Shown here piece by piece: positions 28,815-39,811 of a DNA stretch of 64,000 nucleotides. Numbering within the stretch: position 1 is the first letter of the stretch; every line of letters begins with the position of its first letter. Where the stretch lies: positions 87,582-151,581 of the forward strand of contig CAYTGV010000002.1 in assembly GCA_964437495.1 (NCBI GenBank). Reading direction: 5' to 3'. Source of the DNA: an uncultured Planctomycetia bacterium (GTDB taxonomy: Bacteria > Omnitrophota > Gorgyraeia > B26-G9). The position numbers and the translations under genes are program-made. Below the pieces are notes generated by a model, which was not told the origin of the DNA, did no database searches, and saw only the letters and a program-made list of their open reading frames with translations.

Positions 28815-28894
28815 GATATTAAATTTTTCCGATTTTAGAATATTGTTAATATTATATCAAATAATCCTCTTAACTTAAAAACCATTTTATCCGA

Positions 28895-29089
28895 TCACCA
28901 GAGTATAAGCATAATAAAACTTATAATAATAAGTATTACACCTACCCACACAATAATTCTAGGTGCAGGATACCGCAACCGGCTTAAAAAACCCGTATCC
29001 CGTTCTAGGCTCTCACCGCAATAAAGACAGTTCAGCGCCGCCTCATCATTTATAGGATTATTACAATGCGGGCATTTAAATTTAGCCAT
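28895..29089 (-). CDS. Small zinc-ribbon membrane protein
   Basis: CPHC...CLYCGESL and a C-terminal TM; GGAG RBS. Confidence 0.65.
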   Translation of the reverse strand: MAKFKCPHCNNPINDEAALNCLYCGESLERDTGFLSRLRYPAPRIIVWVGVILIIISFIMLILW

Positions 29090-29106
29090 TTATACTCCAT
29101 TTATAT

Positions 29107-29604
29107 TTAGGCAAGCGCTTTGATAATATGCTCAACATGTTCAACAATAGTTGCATTTTTCATTAATTTCAAAATAATATTCGCATACTTTTCATAAAGA
29201 GGCTGCCTTTGCTGATAAATCTCTTCCAGAGTTCGCCCCTTAAATCCAATAATCCCCCGTTTACTAGCATCAGTAATATGCTCTTGCATACAGGCAATAT
29301 CAGCCTCAAGGAAAACTATCACAGAATTTTCTTTTAAAAAATCCATCGCCTCCGGTGAAAAAACCACGCTACCTCCAGGGCAAATAACACAACTATCTAT
29401 ATTCCCTAATCCTATAACAGCAAGCCTCTCCATCTCCAGAAACTTTTCCTCACCGTATTTATCAATTATCTCTTGTAACTTTAATTTTGCGTTTTTTTCA
29501 ATAATAGTGTCTGCATCAAGAAAAGTAAACCCCAGTTTTAATGCCAGTTTTCTGCCAATACTGCTCTTACCGGCTCCCGGCATCCCAATCAGAGTTATAT
29601 TCAT
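29107..29604 (-). CDS. aroK: Shikimate kinase
   Basis: GMPGAGKS, DAD, PGGS, RQPLY. Confidence 0.9.
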   Translation of the reverse strand: MNITLIGMPGAGKSSIGRKLALKLGFTFLDADTIIEKNAKLKLQEIIDKYGEEKFLEMERLAVIGLGNIDSCVICPGGSVVFSPEAMDFLKENSVIVFLEADIACMQEHITDASKRGIIGFKGRTLEEIYQQRQPLYEKYANIILKLMKNATIVEHVEHIIKALA

Positions 29605-29622
29605 ATAATCCCTCAGTTGCGG

Positions 29623-29970
29623 CTAATCCCGAAAGCCAAAAGAGTCTATCAGAATTTCAAAAAGTTCAATGTCTCTATTTTCGATATTGCTGATCTTAAA
29701 ACCAGTGGCATAGAAATCAGGATTGACATCCTTTTTACACCAAATACTGCGGGAATCAAGAGCAATATCCCGGTTGCCAGCAAACTCAGCAGGCAATGTT
29801 ATCTTAAAATTAAAATCTACTTCTGTTTTAATCGGAGCTTCACTTACCAACATGAACCCATCAGTAGTTATATCTGCCAGATGTCCTATTAAAACCCCGG
29901 TTTTACGATCATATACTTTTAAATAATAAATCAAATGTCTTCTTTTAAATTTACGATTAAACATTTTCAT
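29623..29970 (-). CDS. Stand-alone PilZ-domain protein (c-di-GMP receptor candidate)
   Basis: RKFKR (RxxxR) and DITTDG (DxSxxG-like); start 29970 after a G-rich RBS. Confidence 0.8.
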   Translation of the reverse strand: MKMFNRKFKRRHLIYYLKVYDRKTGVLIGHLADITTDGFMLVSEAPIKTEVDFNFKITLPAEFAGNRDIALDSRSIWCKKDVNPDFYATGFKISNIENRDIELFEILIDSFGFRD

Positions 29971-29986
29971 CCCCCCTACAATTAAA

Positions 29987-30832
29987 TCATCTATGAAAGG
30001 CACTTTCTGCTAACTTTAATTCCTTTGCCTTATTTTCTACCGCCATAACAAGCAAATGATTTAAATCGCTTTTTTTCCCGTAATCAGCCTGCACAACACC
30101 TTGAACCCTGTTATCATTTACAAATTCCCAGGCCTTACCCCATTTACGTTTATCAATGGGATCATAAACCGCAATAGCCATTCCGTTTTGTTTGGCAATA
30201 AGCGAAAACAGCGGGATATCTGTATACCCGTCACCAACAACTATCATCTGATTAAAAGGTACATACAATTCATCAACCTTCTTATTTACATCAAACGGAC
30301 AAAAACGGGAATTAGGACCGAAAATACCTTTTGATATCTGAAATAAAAAACGGGTTTTATCTGTAAAGCTGACAATGCTTTTCGGAAAATCTATTTCCCC
30401 TTTTTTGTTATATTCAAAATCGCAAGCCCATATATCTTTGAATTGCTTCGCTATTTTAGTATTAATTAAGATTTCCCGTATCCCGCTGCTTATCAAAAAA
30501 AAGTCTACTTCTACCTTAGGGTTAACATCTGTTACAACTGATCTAAGTTTTTTAAATATGGTATGCGCCCCGTTAAAAAAAGATATTTTTTTTCCGAAAT
30601 CTGCAAGTTTTTTTTTGGTTATCCTGTTTTTTTCACCACCGGATTTTGACAACTCAATAATTTTATATAAATAAGCAGGTATAGGATCCCATCCCTTTTT
30701 GCTATACATCGGAGTGACCTTATTGCTCCAAAAATATTCGACATCCACACCCATGCTCGCCAAAAAGCTGCTTGTTGAATCTGGAGCCAAAGTCTCATCA
30801 AAATCGAATATTACCGCAATTCTATTAACCAT
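29987..30832 (-). CDS. HAD-superfamily hydrolase
   Basis: FDFDETL, ISSG, K, GDGYTD motifs. Confidence 0.8.
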   Translation of the reverse strand: MVNRIAVIFDFDETLAPDSTSSFLASMGVDVEYFWSNKVTPMYSKKGWDPIPAYLYKIIELSKSGGEKNRITKKKLADFGKKISFFNGAHTIFKKLRSVVTDVNPKVEVDFFLISSGIREILINTKIAKQFKDIWACDFEYNKKGEIDFPKSIVSFTDKTRFLFQISKGIFGPNSRFCPFDVNKKVDELYVPFNQMIVVGDGYTDIPLFSLIAKQNGMAIAVYDPIDKRKWGKAWEFVNDNRVQGVVQADYGKKSDLNHLLVMAVENKAKELKLAESAFHR

Positions 30833-30861
30833 AATTAGCCTTGTTTATTCAGGGATTTAAT

Positions 30862-30891
30862 AAAAAAGGCAACCCCTTTATAAAGATTGCC
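30862..30891 (-). terminator. Intrinsic terminator
   Basis: GGCAATCTTT-loop-GGGGTTGCC-T6 on the minus strand. Confidence 0.6.
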
Positions 30892-31056
30892 ATTGTAATT
30901 CATCATATTTGCTCCATACTTTCACATTTTACATCCATGTAAGACCTTTAAAATCCATTCAAAAACACTGCCTTAACTAATATTATATTACCTCTGCTTT
31001 TTGCTTTTTGCAAGATAAAATCCAGAAAATAAGCAGCGCTTGAAATTATTTTATGA

Positions 31057-33468
31057 CTAATAACTTTCCGAACGCAGCTTGTCTGTAGTTGATTGCCCTA
31101 CTGAAAATCTTAACGGTGACTGTCCGGGAAAAGCTTTCAATTTAAAGACAAAAAGGAAAGTTCTGTTCTGGGTTGATCCATCATCGTTCAGCTTTATATT
31201 ATATGACATTTCCAATAGCCAGCAATGCAAATCACGATATATGGTATACTGTTGTTCCTGAAAAACATCGCTATAAGACAAATACCTTGAATATGTACCT
31301 ACCTGCCATTTAGTATTGATCTTATAATATAAGCTTGCTGTAGTTTGCTCACTAATATCCCGATCATAACGTTTTCCTAGGCCCACCTGCCATCTATCTT
31401 CTCCTTGAGCATAGATATCGGCGTTTAAAGTCTTGATCCGCTTTTGATATTGGTTGAAGATAGCATCAGATTCAAGATGCAACCAACGATAAGGCTTTAA
31501 ATCAAACTCAGCATTGACATAGCCAAAATGCCTAACTCCTGGCAAGGCATTTTGGCTGTATTGGACCCAGGGGTAGAGATAAAGAATATCTACGTTTTCC
31601 AGTTCTGTGGTACCTGTTTGTTTCCATTTAGTCTGAAGATGATTTTCAATCCCAAAAGTAAATAAATTTTTCTTGGTAATCGAATCTATCTCGTCAAAAG
31701 TACCCAGCTTACTTCCCTGCACAGTCGGGGTATGGATATAATCATAATTTATCTTCGGACTAATCACATGACGCATCCTGTTCAACTCCATACCCAAAAC
31801 ATTGCCGCTATAATCAAAAACCCGGAAAAATTTCGTATTAAATTCTATCCCATAATAATTTATGCCCCGGAAAAAGTCCTCGCTTGTGCCTGTATTATCT
31901 TTTGAATAATATGTCTGGCGCATACCTGCATATGGAGCAGTATTTATCCAATCCAGACTTCCCGACAGCTTAGTCGGATATTTAAGCTCACTATAGGAGT
32001 CAACTCTGTTGGCATCTGTATCAATATCACTATTAGCCTGTTTTTTATTTAAATTGGCAATTGCTATATCCTGACGCACATAGAAATTTGAATCAGCAAC
32101 TTTCCGGCTTACAGTATTTAAAGTCAGTTCAGGAAGACGCTCGACTTCTGAATAAAACCAATTTGTCCTTTTACGCAAATATAAGCTTATATTATAGCTT
32201 TCCTCATAGTGGGTAATATATGCCTCAGATGCCGGCTGGATGTCATCCTGATACTCTTCATAAAGATAATCTTTTGTAAAAAAGATATCACTAAATTTAT
32301 CATACTCAAGCATTGCCAAGGTCGAAGAATCAATTTCCCATCTATGGTTTAGCTGCACACGGTATCTTTCAGTTTCCTGAACATTTCTTGATCTAGGGTC
32401 ATCTGCACTTCTGTAGTACTTGTCTCTTTCATTCATATGGTAAACCTTGACTATCCCTTTACCAAAATTTTTCGTATCATAATTTAAATCAGCTCCCCCA
32501 GCAATTCCTTTAAGATCACGTTGATCAAGATGGACCTTAGCCTCTAAATTATCATTTAAGTAATACTTAATTGAGCTTAAAGCAAACCAACCCCAGTCCT
32601 TCTTTCTCCCCACGCTCAAAGATATAATAAAATCATTATCAAGTGACTGCTTCCAATAAGGCAGATACATCACAGGAATATTGCCGATAAAAATAACCAC
32701 ATTTTTTGCCACTATCTTGTCATCCGGATACACATAAAGACGCTTAGCCTGAACCCTGTAATCGGGATTGTCTCTATCACAAGTACTTATGTATGCTCGA
32801 TTAAAAACATATTTTGTTAGATCGACTTTTTGGGCACTCTCAGCTTTCCCGTACCAGGGCAGCGAAATAAAGGTTATGTCTTTAAAACTGCCGGTTTCTC
32901 TTGTGAAATCATATGCCAGATTTTTTCCATAAGCAACTGTTTTACCTCTTTCAATTTTGATATTACCGGGAGCAACCGCGCTTCTATCTTCTAAATTAAA
33001 ATCAATATGCCTTGTTGTTATCTTTACATCAAGATGGGTTACGACAACTCCGTCTTCATCTTTGTCCTGATCCTGAAGCATCCGGCCCCTTTTGGATTGA
33101 AAATTATAATTAAGCCGATCACCTATAATCTCTATTTTATTATAAACTACTTTTACCTGGCCTGTTGCCAGGGCCTCGTTTGTTTTCAGATCAACCTCAA
33201 TATTGTCTGCCTTAAGAATTACACCGTCGTAGTCTATTTTTACATTTCCACTGCCCTTAATTACCGCTCCTTGGTTTACATACTCCACATTATCTGCATC
33301 AACAACGATAGGCCGGCTTTGAGAAATTGCTGCTTTGTCTTTTCCCATAGTAACGCTTTGGCAAAAAACAGCATCAGCATAAACAAAAAAACTAATAGAC
33401 ACAATAAAAAGAGATTTAAGGATAGGACCAAAACGATAAGTATCGCTCTTTAATTTAAAGCAGTTCAA
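31057..33468 (-). CDS. lptD: LPS-assembly protein LptD (extended OstA beta-jellyroll)
   Basis: Signal peptide, repeated OstA-like segments, STCD, PVMYLPY, ERLPE, beta-barrel, DLHCW. Confidence 0.85.
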   Translation of the reverse strand: MNCFKLKSDTYRFGPILKSLFIVSISFFVYADAVFCQSVTMGKDKAAISQSRPIVVDADNVEYVNQGAVIKGSGNVKIDYDGVILKADNIEVDLKTNEALATGQVKVVYNKIEIIGDRLNYNFQSKRGRMLQDQDKDEDGVVVTHLDVKITTRHIDFNLEDRSAVAPGNIKIERGKTVAYGKNLAYDFTRETGSFKDITFISLPWYGKAESAQKVDLTKYVFNRAYISTCDRDNPDYRVQAKRLYVYPDDKIVAKNVVIFIGNIPVMYLPYWKQSLDNDFIISLSVGRKKDWGWFALSSIKYYLNDNLEAKVHLDQRDLKGIAGGADLNYDTKNFGKGIVKVYHMNERDKYYRSADDPRSRNVQETERYRVQLNHRWEIDSSTLAMLEYDKFSDIFFTKDYLYEEYQDDIQPASEAYITHYEESYNISLYLRKRTNWFYSEVERLPELTLNTVSRKVADSNFYVRQDIAIANLNKKQANSDIDTDANRVDSYSELKYPTKLSGSLDWINTAPYAGMRQTYYSKDNTGTSEDFFRGINYYGIEFNTKFFRVFDYSGNVLGMELNRMRHVISPKINYDYIHTPTVQGSKLGTFDEIDSITKKNLFTFGIENHLQTKWKQTGTTELENVDILYLYPWVQYSQNALPGVRHFGYVNAEFDLKPYRWLHLESDAIFNQYQKRIKTLNADIYAQGEDRWQVGLGKRYDRDISEQTTASLYYKINTKWQVGTYSRYLSYSDVFQEQQYTIYRDLHCWLLEMSYNIKLNDDGSTQNRTFLFVFKLKAFPGQSPLRFSVGQSTTDKLRSESY

Positions 33469-34434
33469 CTAATTACCTCTGAAATGATTAACGATTTCCT
33501 TAATCATTTCATCTAATTTTAACTTCGAAAATGAACCAATAAGATTCTCTATTTTAGAAGTATCCGGCACCCGATAAAACATATCTTCAAAATTATTCTC
33601 ATATGCCTGTGAATACGGAACAAAACATATCTGTGAACTGCTATTGCTAAGGGCCTTGATCTTTAAGGCTAAAGCACCAATAGTAATAGATTCACAGCTG
33701 CCGATATTAAAAACCTCGCCTTCGGCCTCTTTTTTATCCATAACAGCTTTAATTGCCACTATTGCATCATTTATATATGTGAATGAACGAACCTGTTTAC
33801 CGTCACCATAAACAGTGATCGGTTCATTCCTGATAGCCTGCTGGACAAAACGAGGGATAACCATGCCGTAATTCGGACTTTGCCTCGGACCGCAGATATT
33901 GAACAATCGTCCGATAACAACAGGAAGGCCTTTAGAACGATGATAGGACACAGCCAAAAACTCATCAAATCCCTTTGAGAAAGCATATCCCCAGCGTGAT
34001 ATATTTACTGCCCCTAATATTCTGTCATCGGTTTCTTTAAAACTCTTTGAACCGCCGTTTTTACCATAAACTTCAGAGGAAGAAGCAAGAAAAACCTTTT
34101 TTTGAAAAACATGCGCTAGATCAAGAACGATCTCTGTGCCACGAACATTAGTAATTAAAGAATCCAGGTGATTTTCAATAATATATTTAACTCCAACCGC
34201 AGCCGCTAAATGATAGATGCAATCACATTCGCTGACATACTTGAACATAAGCTTATAATCAAGTATATCTCCCTGCACGAATCTAAAGTTTTCAAAATTC
34301 ATCAAATGCGCTATATTATCCTCTGATCCTGTGGAAAGATTATCTACAACAGTTACAATATGTCCATCATTTAACAGACTTTCTACCAGATAAGATCCAA
34401 TAAATCCAGCTCCACCTGTAAGCAAAACCCTCAT
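33469..34434 (-). CDS. NAD-dependent nucleotide-sugar epimerase/dehydratase
   Basis: TGGAGFIG, ASSSEVYG, YAFSK, RLFNICGPRQ. Confidence 0.9.
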   Translation of the reverse strand: MRVLLTGGAGFIGSYLVESLLNDGHIVTVVDNLSTGSEDNIAHLMNFENFRFVQGDILDYKLMFKYVSECDCIYHLAAAVGVKYIIENHLDSLITNVRGTEIVLDLAHVFQKKVFLASSSEVYGKNGGSKSFKETDDRILGAVNISRWGYAFSKGFDEFLAVSYHRSKGLPVVIGRLFNICGPRQSPNYGMVIPRFVQQAIRNEPITVYGDGKQVRSFTYINDAIVAIKAVMDKKEAEGEVFNIGSCESITIGALALKIKALSNSSSQICFVPYSQAYENNFEDMFYRVPDTSKIENLIGSFSKLKLDEMIKEIVNHFRGN

Positions 34435-35435
34435 GACTTCTCCTTATTCGCCAATACCAGTACAGCAGCTCCAATAATTCCAGCCTTATTGCTGAACTTT
34501 GAAGCAACAATCTTTAAATTGCGACATGAAACCTGAAATGCTCTTTCTTTTACTATCCGGCGCATTGGTTCAAGGATTAAATTTCCTGCCTTGGCCACTC
34601 CGCCGCCGACAACTATAATCTCAGGATTAAGCAGATTTACGACATTAGCCAATACAGCGCCCATATGTTTTCCTACCTCCTGCCAAATCAGAATAGAGAA
34701 AGGATCCTTTTTTCTAGCCGCAGTGCTTAACATCTCAAGCGTAAGATTCGAATATCTTCCATTAAGTTTAGCCCTAATACTGCTTTTTGCCCCTACACGC
34801 AAACGCCTGATTGCCTCTTCAAGAATATATCGGTTACCAATATATCTCTCAACACACCCTTTACCTCCGCAAACACAGAGCGGTCCATTCTCATTTATAG
34901 TCATGTGACCGATCTCTCCAGCTGCAAAATTAATACCTCTATAAACCTTGTGATTAAGTATAATCCCGCCGCCAATACCTGTGCCCATAGTTACGCACAC
35001 ACAATCTCTGTGTCCTTTGGCAGCCCCGAATTTACTCTCTGCTAAAGCCATAAGATTAGCATCATTATCAACCAATACAGGAACTTTAACTTTATGTTGC
35101 AGGGCTTCCTTAAGATTTACATTCTTCCAACCAGGCACATTTGTCAGATCAAAAACCAGCCCTTTATCAAAATCGACTCTGCCGGGCACCCCAATGCCTA
35201 CTCCGCGAATTCTGTTGCCTTTATAAGTACTTTCCGCTTTAAGTTTTATTATTCTGATTACCAGCTGTTCGATCAATTCATCTTTTTTGTAATTCTTGGT
35301 TTCAAATGAAGTAAATCCCTCGATCTTAAAGCCTTTATCCCAAAACCGAACTAGAGCCAGTTTTACAAATGTTCCACCGAAATCAACTCCGATTGTATAG
35401 CGACAATTTGAGGCCTTACGCCTATTTTGATTCAT
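34431..35435 (-). CDS. ROK-family sugar kinase (glucokinase-like)
   Basis: GVDFGGT, DNDAN, GTGIGGG, GEIGH, CVCGGKGCVE; AGGAG RBS before ATG 35435. Confidence 0.9.
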   Translation of the reverse strand: MNQNRRKASNCRYTIGVDFGGTFVKLALVRFWDKGFKIEGFTSFETKNYKKDELIEQLVIRIIKLKAESTYKGNRIRGVGIGVPGRVDFDKGLVFDLTNVPGWKNVNLKEALQHKVKVPVLVDNDANLMALAESKFGAAKGHRDCVCVTMGTGIGGGIILNHKVYRGINFAAGEIGHMTINENGPLCVCGGKGCVERYIGNRYILEEAIRRLRVGAKSSIRAKLNGRYSNLTLEMLSTAARKKDPFSILIWQEVGKHMGAVLANVVNLLNPEIIVVGGGVAKAGNLILEPMRRIVKERAFQVSCRNLKIVASKFSNKAGIIGAAVLVLANKEKS

Positions 35436-35618
35436 TACCTCTCCTCCTATAAAATTAAATCTATATATGCACAAACCTGAATATTTTTTTCAAAACCTTC
35501 CATGCAAGCGATATTTTACACATTAATGAAAGTATTATTCACAAAACATTAAATTTGGCAAATCAAATTAAGTTAAAATTCAGTATGTTTTGCTCGGCAG
35601 GATTTATTCAATTGTCTA

Positions 35619-36452
35619 TTAGCTGAAATAATCGATTAGATTAGCTAAAGTAACCTTTAACTGTTTTCTGTTTATAATAGAATCAAGATGTCCATGTTCT
35701 AATAAAAATTCTGAACTTTGAAACCCCGGCGGCAATTTTTGTCTGATTGTCTGTTCAATAACTCTGGGACCGGTAAAACCAATCAAAGCTTTGGGCTCAG
35801 CAATAATCACATCTCCTAAACTGGCAAAGCTAGCCATGATCCCCGCCATTGTCGGATTGGTCAAAACAGAAATAAACAACAGCCCCTTTTTTTTATGCCT
35901 TGCCAATGCAGCGGATGTCTTTGCCATCTGCATGAGAGATATAAGCCCCTCATACATACGCGCACCGCCGCCTGAACCAGAAACAATAATCAAAGGCAGC
36001 TTATCTGCAGTTGCTTTTTCCGTCGCTCTGGTAATTCTCTCACCCACTACCGAGCCCATTGATCCCATAATGAATCTTGAATCAGTAACTGCAAACACTG
36101 TCTTTTTCTTATTAATTTCCCCTTGCCCTGTAATTACCGCATCTATAAGACCGGTAATTTTTTGATCCTGCTTTATTTTTTGCACATATGTCTTTGGCCC
36201 CTTAAATCCGATAATATCCTTAGGCGACAATTTTGCATCAAATTCCTCAAAGGTACCTTCATCAAGTAAAAGCGCCACTCTGTCTTTAGCTCCAAGCGTA
36301 AAATGATAATCGCATTTAGGACAAATGCTCATATTTTCTTTAAGCTGCTTATTGAATATTATTTGTCCACAGCCCCCGCATTTCGTGCACAGACCTCCAG
36401 GCATATCCTTTTTCTTTATTTTTACTATTGTATACTTTGGTTTTCCAAACAT
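35619..36452 (-). CDS. accD: Acetyl-CoA carboxylase carboxyltransferase beta subunit
   Basis: CGGC...CPKC Zn finger, FIMGSMGSVVGE, GGARM, GFTGPRVIEQT. Confidence 0.95.
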   Translation of the reverse strand: MFGKPKYTIVKIKKKDMPGGLCTKCGGCGQIIFNKQLKENMSICPKCDYHFTLGAKDRVALLLDEGTFEEFDAKLSPKDIIGFKGPKTYVQKIKQDQKITGLIDAVITGQGEINKKKTVFAVTDSRFIMGSMGSVVGERITRATEKATADKLPLIIVSGSGGGARMYEGLISLMQMAKTSAALARHKKKGLLFISVLTNPTMAGIMASFASLGDVIIAEPKALIGFTGPRVIEQTIRQKLPPGFQSSEFLLEHGHLDSIINRKQLKVTLANLIDYFS

Positions 36453-36550
36453 AATATTTTCTTCCTAAATTAGCAACCTGCAAATTTTAGAAAATTCTTT
36501 ACCCCTTTTTGAGTCAGTATTTATATATTTACAAAAGTATATTTCATCAT

Positions 36551-36579
36551 ATATTAGCACAAACTCAAACACTTGTCAA
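36551..36579 (-). promoter_or_regulatory. sigma70-type promoter for accD
   Basis: TTGACA-N17-TAATAT with TG. Confidence 0.55.
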
Positions 36580-36653
36580 AACTACTTCTGCGCATATTTG
36601 GCAGCCTTTTCCAGGATATTTATTTTTTCCACAAAACTTTTATTCACTAATAG

Positions 36654-37892
36654 TTACCGCTTTATCCTAAATTTAAGCAACCCAAATATCCCATATAATA
36701 TAAAACAAACTGATATTATTAAAATAACCCACATTGGATTTGTGCATTCTGAGAGTTTTGAAGAAACAAACATAAAGATCAAGAATCCTAAGTTCATGAT
36801 TATCCCTAAGATGCTGAATATCCTCCCTCTCATATTCGATTTTATAACTTCATGGATTATTGTATTGCCAGAAATAAAGATCGGACCAACACTCATACCT
36901 ATTAATACCGAAAACCCCATAGCAATATGGATCTGAGGGGAAATCCTCAATAAAACAGCAAAACACCCGATAAATATACCGCTTAAAATCATACTTATAA
37001 ATATAATCTTAACTTTGGAGATCTTATTGAAAAATCTTCCGCAAATCAATGCCCCCAGAAACAAACCAATGCCAATAAATATTGAGAGTAATCCCAGGTC
37101 TTTGGTGATTGAACCAAAAACTTCCTGGATAAAAACAATCGCCACAATATAAAGAGCTCCGGCAGCTGACATAAGCATGAATACTGTTAAAAAAACAAAA
37201 CGCAGATAAGGATTAGCAAATACATATTTAACCCCGTCTTTTATGTCAGAAAGTATAGACTCAGCTTTTATTGCCTTGTCATTGGCATCTTTATCCATTG
37301 TTTTTTTTCTACTCTTGATATTTACAAAACAAAGCAAGAGCCCGGAAACAAGATATGTGAATGAATCGATATAAAACCCTGATTTTGCTCCTACTTTTTC
37401 GATCAATGTGCCACCTAGTCCTATGCCAAGCACAGCCGCAAGCATCATTGTTGTATTTGTCAATGAATTGGCAATAAGCAGCTTTTCCTTATCAACCAAT
37501 TCCGGGATTATCGAGAATTTTGAAGGAAGAAAAAAGCAACTTATAGTAAAAACAAGAAAAACACTGATATAAAGAGGGACAAGCGAATTCATTTTCACAA
37601 ACCATAGAGGAATAAGCATAACTAGAACTGCCCGGATGATATCACTTATTATCATGGTATATTTATGATTCCAACGGTCAACATAAGCCCCGGCAAAAGG
37701 ACTAATAAAAAAAGAAGGAATAATTGTAAACGACATGATTTTTGCCAAACCAAAGGCTGAACCTCCAGTGCGGTTATAAATCAAAGCAATCAAGGCCATC
37801 TGATTAAGCCTATCTCCAAACTGAGAGATTATTTGGGCAGACCAAAAACAAAAGAAATTTCTTTCTTTGAGAATATAACTAAACTTATTCAA
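36654..37892 (-). CDS. MFS transporter (DHA3/EntS-like)
   Basis: SQFGD, AGAYVDRWNHK, RGRIFS; about 12 TM; TTG start. Confidence 0.88.
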   Translation of the reverse strand: MNKFSYILKERNFFCFWSAQIISQFGDRLNQMALIALIYNRTGGSAFGLAKIMSFTIIPSFFISPFAGAYVDRWNHKYTMIISDIIRAVLVMLIPLWFVKMNSLVPLYISVFLVFTISCFFLPSKFSIIPELVDKEKLLIANSLTNTTMMLAAVLGIGLGGTLIEKVGAKSGFYIDSFTYLVSGLLLCFVNIKSRKKTMDKDANDKAIKAESILSDIKDGVKYVFANPYLRFVFLTVFMLMSAAGALYIVAIVFIQEVFGSITKDLGLLSIFIGIGLFLGALICGRFFNKISKVKIIFISMILSGIFIGCFAVLLRISPQIHIAMGFSVLIGMSVGPIFISGNTIIHEVIKSNMRGRIFSILGIIMNLGFLIFMFVSSKLSECTNPMWVILIISVCFILYGIFGLLKFRIKR

Positions 37893-37935
37893 AAAAAATC
37901 TTCCCCTTATCTATATTTTCGTTGGGCATTATTTA

Positions 37936-38008
37936 AGCCCACGAGAGGAGTCGAACCTCCGACCTAAGCTTTACGAAAGCCTTGCTCTACCAACTGAGCT
38001 ACGTGGGC
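37936..38008 (-). tRNA. tRNA-Thr(CGT), CCA not encoded
   Basis: GCCCACGTAGCTCAGTTGGTAGAGC-AAGGCT TT CGT AA AGCTT-...GGTTCGACTCC...GTGGGCT. Confidence 0.95.
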
Positions 38009-38118
38009 ATATATTGTACTAAGTCCTAAGCCGTAAGGATTAAGCATGTAAAACTATGTGACTTTTAATTTAATTTTAGTCTTAAATCTTAATTTTAATC
38101 CTTATCACTTATTTCTTA

Positions 38119-38919
38119 TTATATTGCAACTATTACAATTCCATGCTCATCGGCTTGCTCTAAAACATATTCCTGATCAAGAAACAAGGTCTTCCCGGAT
38201 TCAACGGCCAATAAAGACACGCTTTCTTTTATTAGCGTTTGGATTGTCTGCTTGCCAACAAGCGGTATATCAAAACGCATATCCTGATCTGGCTTGCTCA
38301 CCTTAACCACAACAGCCCCTCCATTACAATAAAGATTTGCTCTGGCAATAGCCGCATCTGTACCTTCAATTGCCTCAATACTAAGTACAACCTTGTCCTT
38401 TACAACAACGGTTTGTCCGATATCAAGCCCGGCAATTGCCTTAGCAATTTTAAGACCAAATTCCACATCCTCAAGCTGTTCTTTGGTTGGTTTTGCTTTT
38501 GTAAGCACACCCGGATCAGGCAGGCAATCTTTAATGAAAGTTGTCGAATCAATCAGCTCTATACCAAGCTCTGCAAGCCTCTGGGCAATGCCGCCTAGAA
38601 TAGTATCTGTCTTTTTATCCTTTAACTTAAAGAGTAATCCCCTTAATTCACTATCAAGGATTATATCACTAAAAAGCAGTTTATGTTTAATTTGTCCTGC
38701 CATAACCACTTTTTCTATTTTTTCAATCTTAAGTATTTCAATGAGCTTTTTAAGCTGTCCCACGCTTATCCAGAAAATCTTTTCCACATGGCCTATAAGC
38801 TCAGGGTTGGTCTCTTCTTTGATACCTACAGCAATAATTCTCACCCCTGCTTTTTTTGCTGCTTTGGCAAAAACAATCGGATAAGTTCCATTGCCGGCTA
38901 TCAGCCCTATTGTCTGCAT
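38119..38919 (-). CDS. lpxI: UDP-2,3-diacylglucosamine pyrophosphatase LpxI
   Basis: GLIAGNG, LDIGQTVVV, EAIEGTD, KPDQDMRFDIP. Confidence 0.92.
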   Translation of the reverse strand: MQTIGLIAGNGTYPIVFAKAAKKAGVRIIAVGIKEETNPELIGHVEKIFWISVGQLKKLIEILKIEKIEKVVMAGQIKHKLLFSDIILDSELRGLLFKLKDKKTDTILGGIAQRLAELGIELIDSTTFIKDCLPDPGVLTKAKPTKEQLEDVEFGLKIAKAIAGLDIGQTVVVKDKVVLSIEAIEGTDAAIARANLYCNGGAVVVKVSKPDQDMRFDIPLVGKQTIQTLIKESVSLLAVESGKTLFLDQEYVLEQADEHGIVIVAI

Positions 38920-39022
38920 GTCTATGATTCTCCGTAAAAATACTTTTAGTTAAAAAAACAAAGAGCAGAAAGGCAAATTATTAGATCGCTCTCTACTCTA
39001 CTTTTTATTTTGCCAAAAAATT

Positions 39023-39811
39023 TCAATTACCTTTACATACGCCTCGTTTAGAACTTTTAATAAATTTAATAAGATATGTAACATATACATCTTTCGGAAT
39101 TTCCTGTTTAATTCTTTTTAAGGCTGTTGTTGTGGATAATTTCATTTTGAACAGGATTTTTAAGGCGGCTTTTAAGCGCAATATGCTCTTGGAAGGCATT
39201 TCAGCTCTTTTAAGCCCAATACTGTTAAGGCCATAAACCTTTGCCGGATGTCCGTCAACCATAGAAAAAGGCGGCACATCCTGAATGATTTTTGAGCAAC
39301 CACCGATAATCGCCATTTTACCCACACGCGAGAACTGATGAATCGCAGACATACCTCCAATAATAGCTTTACTCTCTATATGAACATGTCCGCCTAAAGT
39401 GCCGGCATTGGCAATAACTACATCATCCCCAATAACACAATCGTGAGCAACATGGCTATAAGCCATAAGTAAATTATTATTACCGATTACTGTTTTGCCT
39501 TTATCCACAGTTCCCAGATTGATAGTAACATATTCTCTAATGACATTATCGTCTCCGATTATAACCTGGGTCGATTCGCCCTTATATTTTAAGTCCTGAG
39601 GAGGGCTGCCGATTACAGCACCAGTGTGGATTTTACAGTGTTTGCCAATTTGAGTAAAGCCTTCAATTACACAAGAGCTCCCTATTACAGTATTAGCGTC
39701 AATACTCACATGCTCTTCAATAACAGTATTAGGACCTACACAAACTCCTCGACCAAGCCGAGCCTTAGGATGCACAAATGCATTTGCATGGATTTTGTTT
39801 TTTTCTGACAT
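39023..39811 (-). CDS. lpxA: UDP-GlcNAc(3N) acyltransferase
   Basis: Hexapeptide repeats, PQDLKY, HVAHDC, HQF, GLNSIGLKR. Confidence 0.95.
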   Translation of the reverse strand: MSEKNKIHANAFVHPKARLGRGVCVGPNTVIEEHVSIDANTVIGSSCVIEGFTQIGKHCKIHTGAVIGSPPQDLKYKGESTQVIIGDDNVIREYVTINLGTVDKGKTVIGNNNLLMAYSHVAHDCVIGDDVVIANAGTLGGHVHIESKAIIGGMSAIHQFSRVGKMAIIGGCSKIIQDVPPFSMVDGHPAKVYGLNSIGLKRAEMPSKSILRLKAALKILFKMKLSTTTALKRIKQEIPKDVYVTYLIKFIKSSKRGVCKGN

